Positions 44,072 through 53,275 of a stretch of 64,000 nucleotides of DNA are shown here, in pieces; within the stretch, counting starts at the first letter, position 1; each line of letters begins with the position of its first letter. The position numbers and the translations under genes are program-made. The stretch covers positions 480,001 through 544,000 of the forward strand of contig CAWCPV010000004.1 of NCBI GenBank assembly GCA_963797555.1. The letters are read 5' to 3'. The notes under the pieces are model-generated. The model saw nothing but the letters and a program-made list of their open reading frames with translations. It was not told where the DNA came from and made no database searches. This DNA is from an uncultured Gammaproteobacteria bacterium. GTDB lineage: Bacteria; Pseudomonadota; Gammaproteobacteria; CAWCPV01.

Positions 44072-44407
44072 TCAGCATTCAACGCCGGATGCGGTGCGAC
44101 GCACCCGGCGCGACACCTTGCCGCCGCTCAAAGCCGTCAGGCCACCGCCACGCGGCGTGGAACACGTGCAGATCTGAACCCGGTCGTTTTTGATGCGATA
44201 GGGCAGGATATAGCAAGGCATAACGACCAGCTCTCGCGTGCCTTCGACGCGGCCCGGCCTTCCCATTTGGGGATGGTCGGCCAGACTCTCGGCCGCCTCC
44301 CGCATCTTCGGGATGGTTGCGTGAGCGGCCGCGGGGTTGTCTGCCGCAATGTACGAAGCGATGTGATCGAGGCTCCGCTCCGCGCGCCGCAGCCATCTTA
44401 CCCTCAT
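44072..44407 (-). pseudogene. RelE/ParE toxin, frameshifted near the 3' end
   Basis: YIAADNPAAA..PQMGRPGRVEGTRELV; LHVFHAAWRWP lies in another frame. Confidence 0.8.
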
Positions 44408-44649
44408 TGTCCAGGTAGGTACTTGTTGTTGAGGGCCTCGACCTCCTCCTGGCTCGCGAAATCTTCAGCGTCAGCTTCGGGATTGGCCGTCTTGGTCTGC
44501 TCTACCTGCCACCGCTGCACTTCGAGGAACATATCGATCGCTTGCACCACCACCCAATCGCGCGATCGGCGGAAGCGACGCGCGAGCTGATCGATCTGCT
44601 CTTGCTTCTCTCGGTCGATACGAACAGTAAAGGCTGTCTCCTGGGTCAT
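44404..44649 (-). CDS. CopG/RHH antitoxin
   Basis: FTVRIDREKQEQIDQLARRFRRSRDWVVVQAI. Confidence 0.8.
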   Translation of the reverse strand: MTQETAFTVRIDREKQEQIDQLARRFRRSRDWVVVQAIDMFLEVQRWQVEQTKTANPEADAEDFASQEEVEALNNKYLPGQ

Positions 44650-45050
44650 ATGAGTAAGCACCGCTGCAATGGTGGTTCAATACGAACCATAGGGCTTGGA
44701 TCTTCGATGGTCAATCCCTGGAGGTGTCGGCCATGCTGCAGGTCTTCGCTGTCGAGCCGGGCACATCCGGCGTCGAGGGCGGCGGCGATGATCGGGGCGT
44801 CGTAGAAGCCGTAGCGGTAGCGCGCCTGGATATCGAGGGAGCGGTGAAGTTCTTGCAGCGCTTCCACCTCAACGCAGGACGCTGCGCGATACTGAGTCAG
44901 CCCCCTGCCAAGTGCTGCACCTCGTAGGATTTCCGCATCAACAGTCTCGGGAACGCTGATCGCTTTGAACAGGGGGCGCAGAACGTCCAGCCGGTCAATG
45001 AGGGCGAGAGAGGCAAGCGGGCCGGTGTTCGAGATCAACAGGTCTCTCAC
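44646..45050 (-). pseudogene. Chimeric PIN gene (DUF3368-like N-half joined to a different PIN C-half)
   Basis: ISNTGPL..VPETVDAEI then RSLDIQARYRYGFYD..SEDLQHG, similar to 47413-47570. Confidence 0.7.
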
Positions 45051-45303
45051 GGGGTGCGCCCTTCGAACTCGGCCTCTAGCTCGTCCTCGTCCCAGGCCAC
45101 AGTCGCTACACCGTACCGCCTGCAGCTCAGCAGGAACTCCACGCGCGGGATACTACGAGCCTGGCCGCCTGGACGGAGGTCAAGCCGCCTATCTCGTAGA
45201 GCTTCACCGCCACGGCCATCCGGGCCTCTTCCTCGGAAGACTCGGGGCTCATGTTGAGGCTGGCCAAGACCGATTCCGGGTACTCGATGGTCAGTCTCTC
45301 CAT
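45047..45303 (-). pseudogene. UPF0175-family antitoxin, frameshifted
   Basis: MERLTIEYPESVL..AVKLYE..QAARL / PRVEFLL..YGV; GTGA overlap with the PIN gene. Confidence 0.7.
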
Positions 45304-45413
45304 GTCGCTATCCTCCTATGGCACCCGTCTCATACCTCTCATAAAGAATCGGACATAGAATCTCCACGGAATAAGTCAACATCATCGCAGCGCTATGGTC
45401 CTCGCCATTTCCT

Positions 45414-46328
45414 CTATGACTTTGATGTGGTTTCCCGCTGCCTTCGCTTCAGGAAGTCCTGCATGTCCTCCGCGTTGTCCCAATCGATTCTTCCGGTATT
45501 GAGGAGAAAGCGAACCAACCGTTTGAAGCTGACCAGATCGGAACTCTTGCCGCGCTCACGCTGGTATCTTTGCAGGTCGTCAACATCAAGATCTAACAGC
45601 GATCGAGGCGGATCGGACGCCGACAAATAAGCGTCGGTGAAAGTCGTAATCGTGCTGGCGTGTTGCTCGGTCATCTTCAAGCTTAATCCGGAAGCAGCGA
45701 GGTCTTTGCGGAAAGCTTCCAGCACTTTTCGATTGCTGGTGTGGATGGCTTGCCGGATATCCTCCACGCTGCGCGGATCCAGCGAAATAATCACCTCGCC
45801 GCGTTCCTGAATCTGGCGGTAACCGTCGTTCAAGTTGCGCCGGATCCCGCTGCCGAATGTCACCGGGTATGGGACCAATAGGCTATCGTAAATGATCTTG
45901 CCTTCGAAGGGGAGTAAGACGGCCTGCACCAGCACCGGCAGTGCCGGGGAGGGGGTAATCTCCTGGATAGAGCTTGCCAAGCCCAGCACCCCATAGGCCT
46001 TGGGTGGGCGCTCTTGAGCGAGGAAGATGGAGTATTTCTTGAGATGCCGAAGGATGAAAAACTGTCCTGTCACGCGATCACGCCAGCTCGCCGCCAGCGC
46101 TAAGTCCGCTGCCGGCAGGCCGGCCGGGTTGTCCGCAATAAAGGCCTCGCGCAGCTCATCCGAGGCCCATAGCACTTGGCGGATTCGATGGGCATCTTCG
46201 CTTTTGAGCCTCATCTCTCCAGGTACCGGCGGCAGATCGGGGACAATGCGGTGCTGTGCATTGACATAGCGCAGCAGCGCCCACCAGATGCGGTAGAAAC
46301 GCTCAGTGTCTTGGGCGGACAATTTCAT
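45414..46328 (-). CDS. Hypothetical protein
   Basis: 304-aa [34 protein letters not shown]; lower GC. Confidence 0.7.
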   Translation of the reverse strand: MKLSAQDTERFYRIWWALLRYVNAQHRIVPDLPPVPGEMRLKSEDAHRIRQVLWASDELREAFIADNPAGLPAADLALAASWRDRVTGQFFILRHLKKYSIFLAQERPPKAYGVLGLASSIQEITPSPALPVLVQAVLLPFEGKIIYDSLLVPYPVTFGSGIRRNLNDGYRQIQERGEVIISLDPRSVEDIRQAIHTSNRKVLEAFRKDLAASGLSLKMTEQHASTITTFTDAYLSASDPPRSLLDLDVDDLQRYQRERGKSSDLVSFKRLVRFLLNTGRIDWDNAEDMQDFLKRRQRETTSKS

Positions 46329-46343
46329 GTATTTGATCCTTGG

Positions 46344-46719
46344 CGAGGCGGGCCCGGATTTCCCCGAGCAGCAGCTCGGTGGCCTGGTCGAGGGGGGCGG
46401 GCAGGTGCAGGCTTGCGAAGAATTCGCCGCAACGCGCGATGGGCAGGCACGCCAGCTCGTGCACGGTGAGGCCGGGCAGAGAGGCGCAAACCTCCGGCGG
46501 GACCTCCATCCCGAGGGGCCGGCACCGCTCCGCGCCGGGCAGGACGCGGTCGGCGTCCTCACGGGTGCCGAGCCTCCACAGCAGGGCCTCGGGTTTGAGG
46601 CGCGCTCCCCGGCAGGCCGGGTAAAGCTCGTAGGCGCGGTACTTGGAGAGCAGCACCCGGATGTGCATCTTGTAGCTCTTGGTCTCCAGCCACTGGAAGA
46701 AGCGTTTGACCCCGTACCA
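46344..46719 (-). pseudogene. Diverged 376-bp internal fragment of uvrA (homologous to 35568-35943)
   Basis: [46 protein letters not shown]. Confidence 0.9.
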
Positions 46720-47412
46720 CCCGCATCTTGCCCTGCTCGCAGCCAGCGGAGCCTTGCGCCGACCGGGCGAGGCCGCATGGACCGCACCCATCACCGCCAC
46801 GGCCAGACACCGAAACGGCTTTTTCTCTATCCACTAGACAAGCGCGCCCGCGAGAAACTGGCAAAGCCGTCACCACAGGGCACACGCATGGTCGACTTAG
46901 CCGGCTACTCGGAGGGTTCGCTTAAGTAAGCGCCATTCGTGTCCGACCCCATGGAGCGGGAGGGTCAAGTCTTGCAATCGAGCACATGGGTCCCATACCG
47001 GACAATAAGGGACGGACCTGGACATACCACGATTACCTCTGAGTGGCTTCGCTGGGCGGTTTCAGGGGGGCGGCGGTCCTTTAGCACGACCGGGCGCCGC
47101 CGGCTGCGATCGGTCATTTTCAGGCAGGGCCGTGTATTCCATCCTCGAGGACGAAGGTGGACTGCTGAGATGACAGTGTCCAGCCATGGGGTCTACCATC
47201 GGATTTATGCAGCCCGCACAGAAGCGCATGGGAGGGACGAGGTGCGGCGCGTCATAGGGCGGTCCTGGCTGCGCCCATCGCGGGCCGCTCGATCCCGATG
47301 CGGCCCATAACTTGCCGGCACTGTTGGCGGCGGGCTCGATACGCGCTCACGGCCCCAGCGTTCGTGCCTGTCGTCGGCAACCCCAAACCGCAAATACCTC
47401 ATCGAGAAGTCG

Positions 47413-47835
47413 TCACTCTTCGAACGGATTTTCGATGGTCAGTCCCTCGATGCGTTGACCATGCTGCAGCTCTTCGCTGTAGAGCCAGGTGCATCCGGCA
47501 TTGAGGGCGGCGGCGATGATCAGGGCGTCGTAGAAACCGTAGCGGTAGCGCGCCTGGATATCGAGGGCGCGGTGATAAAGCCCCTGGCTGGGCCATGATG
47601 CGCCACAACGGCACGAGCACTTGGTCCATGAAACGCCGCGCGTCTTCCGGGGTTGCCGGCGTTTCGAGCTTGCGGGTGATGACATGAGGGTTTCCTGAAT
47701 CACCTGGAAGCTGATACCGGCTGTACCGGTTTCCAGCGCCGAGTAGATCAGTTGTTCTGAGGTCTGGCGTTTGCGGGGGTCGGTCTCGTCGAACAGGTAG
47801 AGGAAGACGTTGGAGTCGATGAACTCACCGCTCAT
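47413..47835 (-). pseudogene. PIN/VapC toxin, frameshift at about 47685
   Basis: FIDSNVFLY..SFQVIQE / FYDALIIAAAL..YSEELQHG. Confidence 0.82.
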
Positions 47836-48049
47836 TCATCTCGTCCCGAGTAAACTTGCGCCCACCCGTGCGTACATAGTCCCGCAGGCGCTCCACCACG
47901 GCCATCGCCTCATCGGCCCGCTGCTTGCGCTGGCCGTAATCGGCGAGCCAGCGCCGGAACTGCTCGTTGAGCGTGGTATGCTCGGCGCGCGCGCGCTTGC
48001 GGGCCGCCTCGATGAGCTTCTCGTCGGCGCTCAGCGTGATGTTTTTCAT
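47825..48049 (-). CDS. Antitoxin (RHH-like)
   Basis: MKNITLSADEKLIEAARKRA..RKFTRDEMNER, overlapping the PIN gene. Confidence 0.8.
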   Translation of the reverse strand: MKNITLSADEKLIEAARKRARAEHTTLNEQFRRWLADYGQRKQRADEAMAVVERLRDYVRTGGRKFTRDEMNER

Positions 48050-48325
48050 GGCTCGGACCTCTCGGTGAATTCGAACACGAGCGCAGTGTACACGATTGCC
48101 GCGTGCACTCAGCGCGGGGTGCCTCGTTCTCGACCCAGGCGGCGATCATGGGGTGCGACTCAGCCTCGATCCGATGGTTTTCGGGGTACCAGCGCAAGGT
48201 CAGCCGCTCCGGTCGTAGTCAATTTGATCCGCTGCGGGTTACGCTGCCGGTTCCTGGGTTTCAGTTCCTCGGGGTACGGCGAGCGTAATGGAGATCGCGG
48301 ACTTGTGCCCAAAGCTTGCGGCTGA

Positions 48326-48772
48326 TCACTGCCGCTCGAACGACTCTCGCGGCAGGCTGGAATGCCGGATAACGGACTGCAACGTGCCGACGCGGATCTC
48401 GTCATGCAACGGTACCGGGACGGTGACAGTGGTTCCCCCGATGCGTTTCCACATGACGGCGCGACTTCCGCGCTGTCGAACCTGCTCGAATCCGTGCTCG
48501 GCCAGCAAGGGGCAAAGCTCCCGGCCTGAGAATATCCGGAGCCTAACCAATATAGTAACCTCGACGCGGGTCACGAATACTTCTTCGTGCAGCCTCCCCT
48601 CTACCTCGGACGGGTCGGCCGTCTCGAAGAAAAGCTCGATCGCCTCTGCAAGATTGCGGCGCGCCTCCTCGATGGTGGTGCCCTGACTAGCGACGTCGAT
48701 CTCGGGGCAGAGCGCGGCGTAACCGTCGCCTTCTCGCTCGATGATGGCCGTGAGTTGCCGTTTCAGAGCCAT
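48326..48772 (-). CDS. HicB-HicA in-frame fusion
   Basis: HicB AIIEREGDGYAALCPE..SQGTTIEEA; HicA FSGREL..HGF..QRGSR..GTLQSV. Confidence 0.78.
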   Translation of the reverse strand: MALKRQLTAIIEREGDGYAALCPEIDVASQGTTIEEARRNLAEAIELFFETADPSEVEGRLHEEVFVTRVEVTILVRLRIFSGRELCPLLAEHGFEQVRQRGSRAVMWKRIGGTTVTVPVPLHDEIRVGTLQSVIRHSSLPRESFERQ

Positions 48773-49109
48773 GGCGAACACCTCTCATTTCGGGTTGGCT
48801 CAGTGTAGCAGCCCGCAGAGGACGGAACTATGGATGGGTTCCGCCGCTCCGGGGCAAGCCGAGATGCAAGCCGCCCCGCGGGCATCCGGGCCGCGACGCA
48901 TCGCACGCGATCGAGCGGACCTCCTGCCTGGCCACTCGGTGCTTTGGAGTGGTAAACGCGAACTACTGGGGTCTGTAGGGAGGGTCGAGGCGCAGATGCA
49001 CGCCGGTTGTAGCGGTTAGCTTGCCTCACCAGCGCGACGTCGCCCGCGAGTATGGGTCGCGGTCGGCGGTCTCCGGGTAGCGCCAACTCCAGAACGTTTG
49101 GATCGTCCG

Positions 49110-49304
49110 TCATGCGCTGTGCTCTTGCCCGTCCGGAATCGCCTCCGGGCTCAGCCAGACGACCTTGCCGTCGCGCCACACCGCCACCGCGTTTCCGGCC
49201 TTCTTGTGCCGGGCCAGCGCCTCCCGCACGGCGGCGCGCAAGGCGCTCTCCACCTTGGCCGTGTCCGATAATAGCTGTTCCAGGTCCTGGGGCTGCTGTC
49301 TCAT
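49110..49304 (-). CDS. Small orphan antitoxin-like protein of the type found beside zeta/AAA toxins
   Basis: AVREALARHKKAGNAVAVWRDGKVVWL. Confidence 0.6.
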   Translation of the reverse strand: MRQQPQDLEQLLSDTAKVESALRAAVREALARHKKAGNAVAVWRDGKVVWLSPEAIPDGQEHSA

Positions 49305-49524
49305 CGGAAGTCCTCCAGCAAGTTTGACCATGTCGCGCTGTCGCTGACATCATGCCGTGTGCACTGAGCGCAGGCTGCCTGCGGGCGCCTCCTCGCGCAA
49401 GCCCAGCCATGCTTCGCTCCCCTGGTAGCTCGCGAGGCCGGGTCGGGAGCAAGGATACTGTCACCGGAATTCCGCCGAGTGCTACGTCAGCTCAACGCGG
49501 TTGTCGGGGACACTCGTCAGGCAG

Positions 49525-50354
49525 CTACTTTCGCCTGCGCCAGTAGCTGGGGCGACGGCTGTGGTGGGCTACGGCCAGGATCCGGATCTCTTCTCCGGAA
49601 ACGCTGTGGATGAGCGCATATGGAAACAGCTTCATGACGCAACGGCGAATATCGCGCCGCCGCCAAAGCGTTCCCAGCCGCGGATGTCGCAGTAGGACAG
49701 CGACGGAACGTTCGAACTCGCCCAGCAGGGGCTGGGAAAGAGCGATGCCTGCGCGCTCTCGATAGAACTCGGCTGCGTCCGAAGGCATCCCATTACACAC
49801 AACTCAAAGGGCTTGGGCCTCACGGGCGTAGTGGAGTCCAAACGGTATCACGTGCTGATCTGGTCTGGTACGAAGCGCATGAGCGCATGGAGAATGCCAT
49901 CTTGCGCGAGAAACAACTGAAGAAATGGTCCCGCGCCGCCAAAATCCGGCTGATCGAACAGGGCAACCCCGGCTGGAGCGATTTGTGGCCCGGGCTGGTA
50001 TCCCCACCCCTGGATTCTGGATTCCGGCATTCTCCATGGGAAAAGACGGGGCCGGAATGATGACTCGCGCAAGCATCCTTGCTCGGGGGGGCGAGTCCGG
50101 GTGAGGGTCCAGGCGCGTAGTCCGGACCGCACTTCCAGCGACTCGCATGGGATGGGTTAGCCGCATACCGTTCCACGCACTCGTCATTCCGGCAGGGAGT
50201 GCCGGAATCCAGTGGCCAGGGATGGTCATCCGGATCACTTCCCTGTGTCCTGGATTCCGCCATTCCCTGGCGCAATGACGGTGACACGTCGTTTTGTGTG
50301 TAACGACATGGTCCGAAGGGCCCTCTCAGGCTCGGGGTGCAGCGAATATCTCAT
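49525..50354 (-). pseudogene. ParE toxin interrupted by a 525-bp insertion
   Basis: MRYSLHPEPERAL at 50354; resumes DAAEFYRE..FPYALIH..ILAVAHHSRRPSYW below 49785. Confidence 0.78.
49786..50310. mobile_element. Non-autonomous IS-like element with 9-bp target duplication, carrying a GIY-YIG fragment and palindromic repeats
   Basis: GTCCGAAGG at 49777-49785 and 50311-50319; ends CATCCCATTACACACAA / CATGTCGTTACACACAA; internal LVWYEAH..AILREKQLKKW..NPGWSDL. Confidence 0.78.
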
Positions 50355-50560
50355 CGAAAGTCGGCTTTAAGCTTTTCCAAGGTCTCTGGACCCGGGAGCA
50401 GCGAAACGGCTCCGCTTTCAATCTGGGCATGGCGGCGCTCGACTTCTGCGGCTCATGCCTCTTCGGTTTCGGGGTCGACATCGAGGCTGGCAATCAGCCT
50501 CTCGACCAGTCGCGCTCGTTCGGCTGCCGGCAACCGCAACGCCTCGGCTTCCAGCGTTTC
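50351..50560 (-). pseudogene. Addiction-module antitoxin with an internal stop and no start
   Basis: EAEALRLPAAERARLVERLIASLD..EEA*AAEVERR..IESG; ATGA overlap with the parE start. Confidence 0.75.
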
Positions 50561-50571
50561 TAGCCAACCAA

Positions 50572-50611
50572 GGGAGACCCCCCGGCTTTGCCGGGGTGGC
50601 AGTAGGAGTTA
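50572..50611 (+). mobile_element. IS200/IS605-type end hairpin remnant
   Basis: CCCCGGC-TTT-GCCGGGG hairpin. Confidence 0.45.
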
Positions 50612-50620
50612 CTCCACCCG

Positions 50621-51055
50621 CTACGTGTTGATACCACGGGTGACAGGCAGCTTGAGGATCTTGCCCGCGTCGAGGAACCCACCGTCGAGCGTCAGAATCT
50701 TCTTGGCACCGTGGTTCGCGGCGACGGCCAAATGCAGCGCGTCACCGCCGCGAAGCCCCGTCGAAAAGTGCTCGATGTAGTCTCTGGCCAAACTGAAATC
50801 CCCCACCGTCGGCAGCAGCACGCTCAAGGACTCGTTGATCAGACGATCGAACTCGCGAAGCACGGTGCGGGCATCGGCGTCCGCCAGGTTCTTCAGGCGA
50901 ACCTCCCGGGCAATGACGCTGGCAAATTCCAACACCGTCCAGTGGCTGATATACGAACTACCCGCCGGCAAGTTGCCGACAAACGCCTCGACCGCTGCGC
51001 TGGTGGCTTCGTTGAGTAGCAGCGGAGCGATGAAGCTGGTGTCGAGGTAATACAC
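50621..51055 (-). CDS. vapC: VapC/PIN toxin
   Basis: YLDTS..WTVLEFAS..LRGGDALHLA..TLD. Confidence 0.88.
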   Translation of the reverse strand: MYYLDTSFIAPLLLNEATSAAVEAFVGNLPAGSSYISHWTVLEFASVIAREVRLKNLADADARTVLREFDRLINESLSVLLPTVGDFSLARDYIEHFSTGLRGGDALHLAVAANHGAKKILTLDGGFLDAGKILKLPVTRGINT

Positions 51056-51058
51056 CGG

Positions 51059-51292
51059 TCATCGTTCCTCGTCGCGCACGGCGCGCACGAGGGAGGCGCT
51101 ATCTTCCGACCAGCCGGGCAATCCCGCCCGAAAGGCGGCCCGTGAGGCGACCACACGCTTCGGTCGCTCGACAGGCAAGAGACGCACTACCGGTCGTCCG
51201 TGGCGCGTGATCAGAATTTCCTCACCCTTCTCAGCCTGGTTAATCAGCTCGCTGAGCTGGGCCTTTGCGGTGGCAAGGCTCACGATGCGCAT
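51059..51292 (-). CDS. Phd/YefM antitoxin
   Basis: AKAQLSELINQAEKGEEILITRHGRPVVRL. Confidence 0.9.
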   Translation of the reverse strand: MRIVSLATAKAQLSELINQAEKGEEILITRHGRPVVRLLPVERPKRVVASRAAFRAGLPGWSEDSASLVRAVRDEER

Positions 51293-51525
51293 GGCTGGTC
51301 CTTTATGGTCATGGAATTGGTCAGATTATACGGCCCTTGCTGGGGCGCCGGTAGTGCGCCCAGCACGCAGCCAACACCCTACGAGCATGCTCGGCGCACT
51401 TGGTGCGGTCGTAAGTTTCGCTCAAGGCGCAGGACCAATGGGCCACGGTATGCGCCGGTTGCGTTCCAAGCCGCGCGGTCTACCGCCGTTCGATAGGACA
51501 CGTGGGCGCTGAAGCCACCCCCGCA

Positions 51526-51654
51526 TCTCGTCATTCTGCACGAGGGGTGCAGGAAGTGTACGGAATCCAGGAGCGAGGATGCCCGACCCATGCCGTCCGT
51601 GGCGTCTGGATTCCAGCTTCACAGCCGGAATGACAGTCGCGACCGGGAGTCGTG
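51526..51654 (+). repeat. GTCATTC..GGAATCC / GGATTCC..GGAATGAC palindromic repeat, inverted copy of 55547-55664
   Basis: Shared AGTGTACGGAATCCAGG, CATGCCGTCCGTG, CTGGATTCC, GCCGGAATGACAGTCG. Confidence 0.8.
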
Positions 51655-51816
51655 TGCAATGGTATGCGCCGAGCCCCTGAATGGACTGCGGCGCTTTCTG
51701 TCGTTGAGATCGTCCCCGGCGAGGCGTATAAAAAAGGTCGCGGAACCATGCCCGGACCAAGAAGTTCGGGCGACCCCGGCCGGGGTGCACCGGCCGACAC
51801 CAAGGAGGATAGCGCC

Positions 51817-52422
51817 ATGGCAACTGACTGGAGGCTCAAGGGGTCGTACTTCGAGGCGTGCAACTGCGAGGCGGCATGCCCCTGCAACTTCCATGGACCG
51901 CCGACCGACGGCAACTGCACCGTGCTGGTGGGCTGGCACATCGACCAGGGGATATTTGGGGATACCAAGCTCGACGGACTGAACGTCAGCATGGTCGCGC
52001 ACTCGCCGGGCCACATGTTGGAAACGAAGTGGAAGGTGGCCCTGTATCTCGACAGCCGCGCGAGCGACGCGCAGCGCGAGGCGCTGACGCAGATATACTC
52101 GGGCAAGGCCGGCGGCCTCATGGGGGATCTGTCCGCGGTCATCGGGGAAGTGGCCGGCGTGCGCAGCGTGCCGATCGAATACCGGGCCGAAGGACGCACG
52201 CGCTCAATCCGCATCGGTAACGTCGGCGTCGCCGACATCGAGGCCATCAAAGGCGGCGACGGCGGCGAGACGCTGATCCACAATCCTCCGCTGAACCTCG
52301 CGGTGGGCGAGCCGCTGGTCGTCGCACGCAGCAAGAAGTACCGGTTCGCCGACTACGGCATGCAGGTCGAGGTCTCGAACAAGAACGGCTTCTACGCGCC
52401 GTTCACGTACACGCCGGCCTGA
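51817..52422 (+). CDS. DUF1326 family protein
   Basis: W.LKGSYFEACNCEAACPC..GNC; SD AAGGAGG. Confidence 0.88.
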   Translation: MATDWRLKGSYFEACNCEAACPCNFHGPPTDGNCTVLVGWHIDQGIFGDTKLDGLNVSMVAHSPGHMLETKWKVALYLDSRASDAQREALTQIYSGKAGGLMGDLSAVIGEVAGVRSVPIEYRAEGRTRSIRIGNVGVADIEAIKGGDGGETLIHNPPLNLAVGEPLVVARSKKYRFADYGMQVEVSNKNGFYAPFTYTPA

Positions 52423-52436
52423 CGCGGCGCCAGCCG

Positions 52437-53201
52437 ATGACGCCGGCGCCCGAGCGCGCGGCGCGCGTGCTGGTGTTCGCCGCGCTGGCGGTGCTGACCG
52501 GGCTGGCCTGGGCCTGGCTCAGCCCGATGAACATGGTCCCGACGGGCGTTCTGTCCCGTGCACCGCCGGCGTTCCCCGCGCCCTGGACCGGGAGCATGGC
52601 GCTGTTCATGTTCGTCATGTGGAGCGTGATGATGGCGGGCATGATGATCCCCTCGGCAGCCCCGATGGTCTTCGCGGTCGAGCGCATGGCGCGCCAACGT
52701 CGGGACGGGCGGCCGCTCGCCGTCACGGCGGCGTTCGTGCTCGCCTACGTCGTCGTGTGGACGGCATTCAGCGCGGTCGCGACCGCCGCGCAGTGGGCGC
52801 TCGAACGCGCGGGGCTCATGTCGAACACGATGGCGAGCGCGAACGTCTGGCTGACCGGACTCGTCCTGGTCGCCGCGGGTCTCTACCAGTTCAGTGCGCT
52901 CAAATATGCGTGCCTCACCCGCTGCCGCACGCCGATGGGCTTTCTGCTTACCGAATGGCGTCCTGGCGTTCGCGGGGTCTTCGTCACCGGCTTGCGCCAT
53001 GGCGCCCATTGCGTCGGCTGTTGCTGGGCGTTGATGGCCTTGCTCTTCGTGTTCGGTACCATGAACCTCGCTGCGGCGGCAGGCCTTGCGGCACTCGTGC
53101 TCGCGGAGAAAGCGCTCCCCGGCGTGCCCGTCATCGCCCGAGTCATCGGGGTTGCCCTCGCGGGCTGGGGGCTCTGGATCCTCATCCGCGCAGTTGCGTG
53201 A
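52437..53201 (+). CDS. DUF2182 metal-binding membrane protein
   Basis: MWSVMMAGMMIPS, YQFSALKYACLTRCRTP, CVGCCWALM. Confidence 0.9.
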   Translation: MTPAPERAARVLVFAALAVLTGLAWAWLSPMNMVPTGVLSRAPPAFPAPWTGSMALFMFVMWSVMMAGMMIPSAAPMVFAVERMARQRRDGRPLAVTAAFVLAYVVVWTAFSAVATAAQWALERAGLMSNTMASANVWLTGLVLVAAGLYQFSALKYACLTRCRTPMGFLLTEWRPGVRGVFVTGLRHGAHCVGCCWALMALLFVFGTMNLAAAAGLAALVLAEKALPGVPVIARVIGVALAGWGLWILIRAVA

Positions 53202-53275
53202 CGCTCACCGGGGAGGGGGGCCACGGACGTCGGCGATCCACAGGCGCTTGCCGCTCGGGCGGAGGCGCTGCCAAC

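Noticed and set aside
46960-47310. Possible RAYT-type remnant (GGGTCAAGTCTTGCAA, GVYH)
   Set aside because: Too short and degenerate to support.
48230-48290. GFQFLG resembling an RT thumb-region motif
   Set aside because: Isolated hexapeptide in a short ORF with no other RT motifs such as YxDD.
44072-51292. Integron cassette array
   Set aside because: No intI and no convincing RYYYAAC..GTTRRRY attC sites seen by eye.
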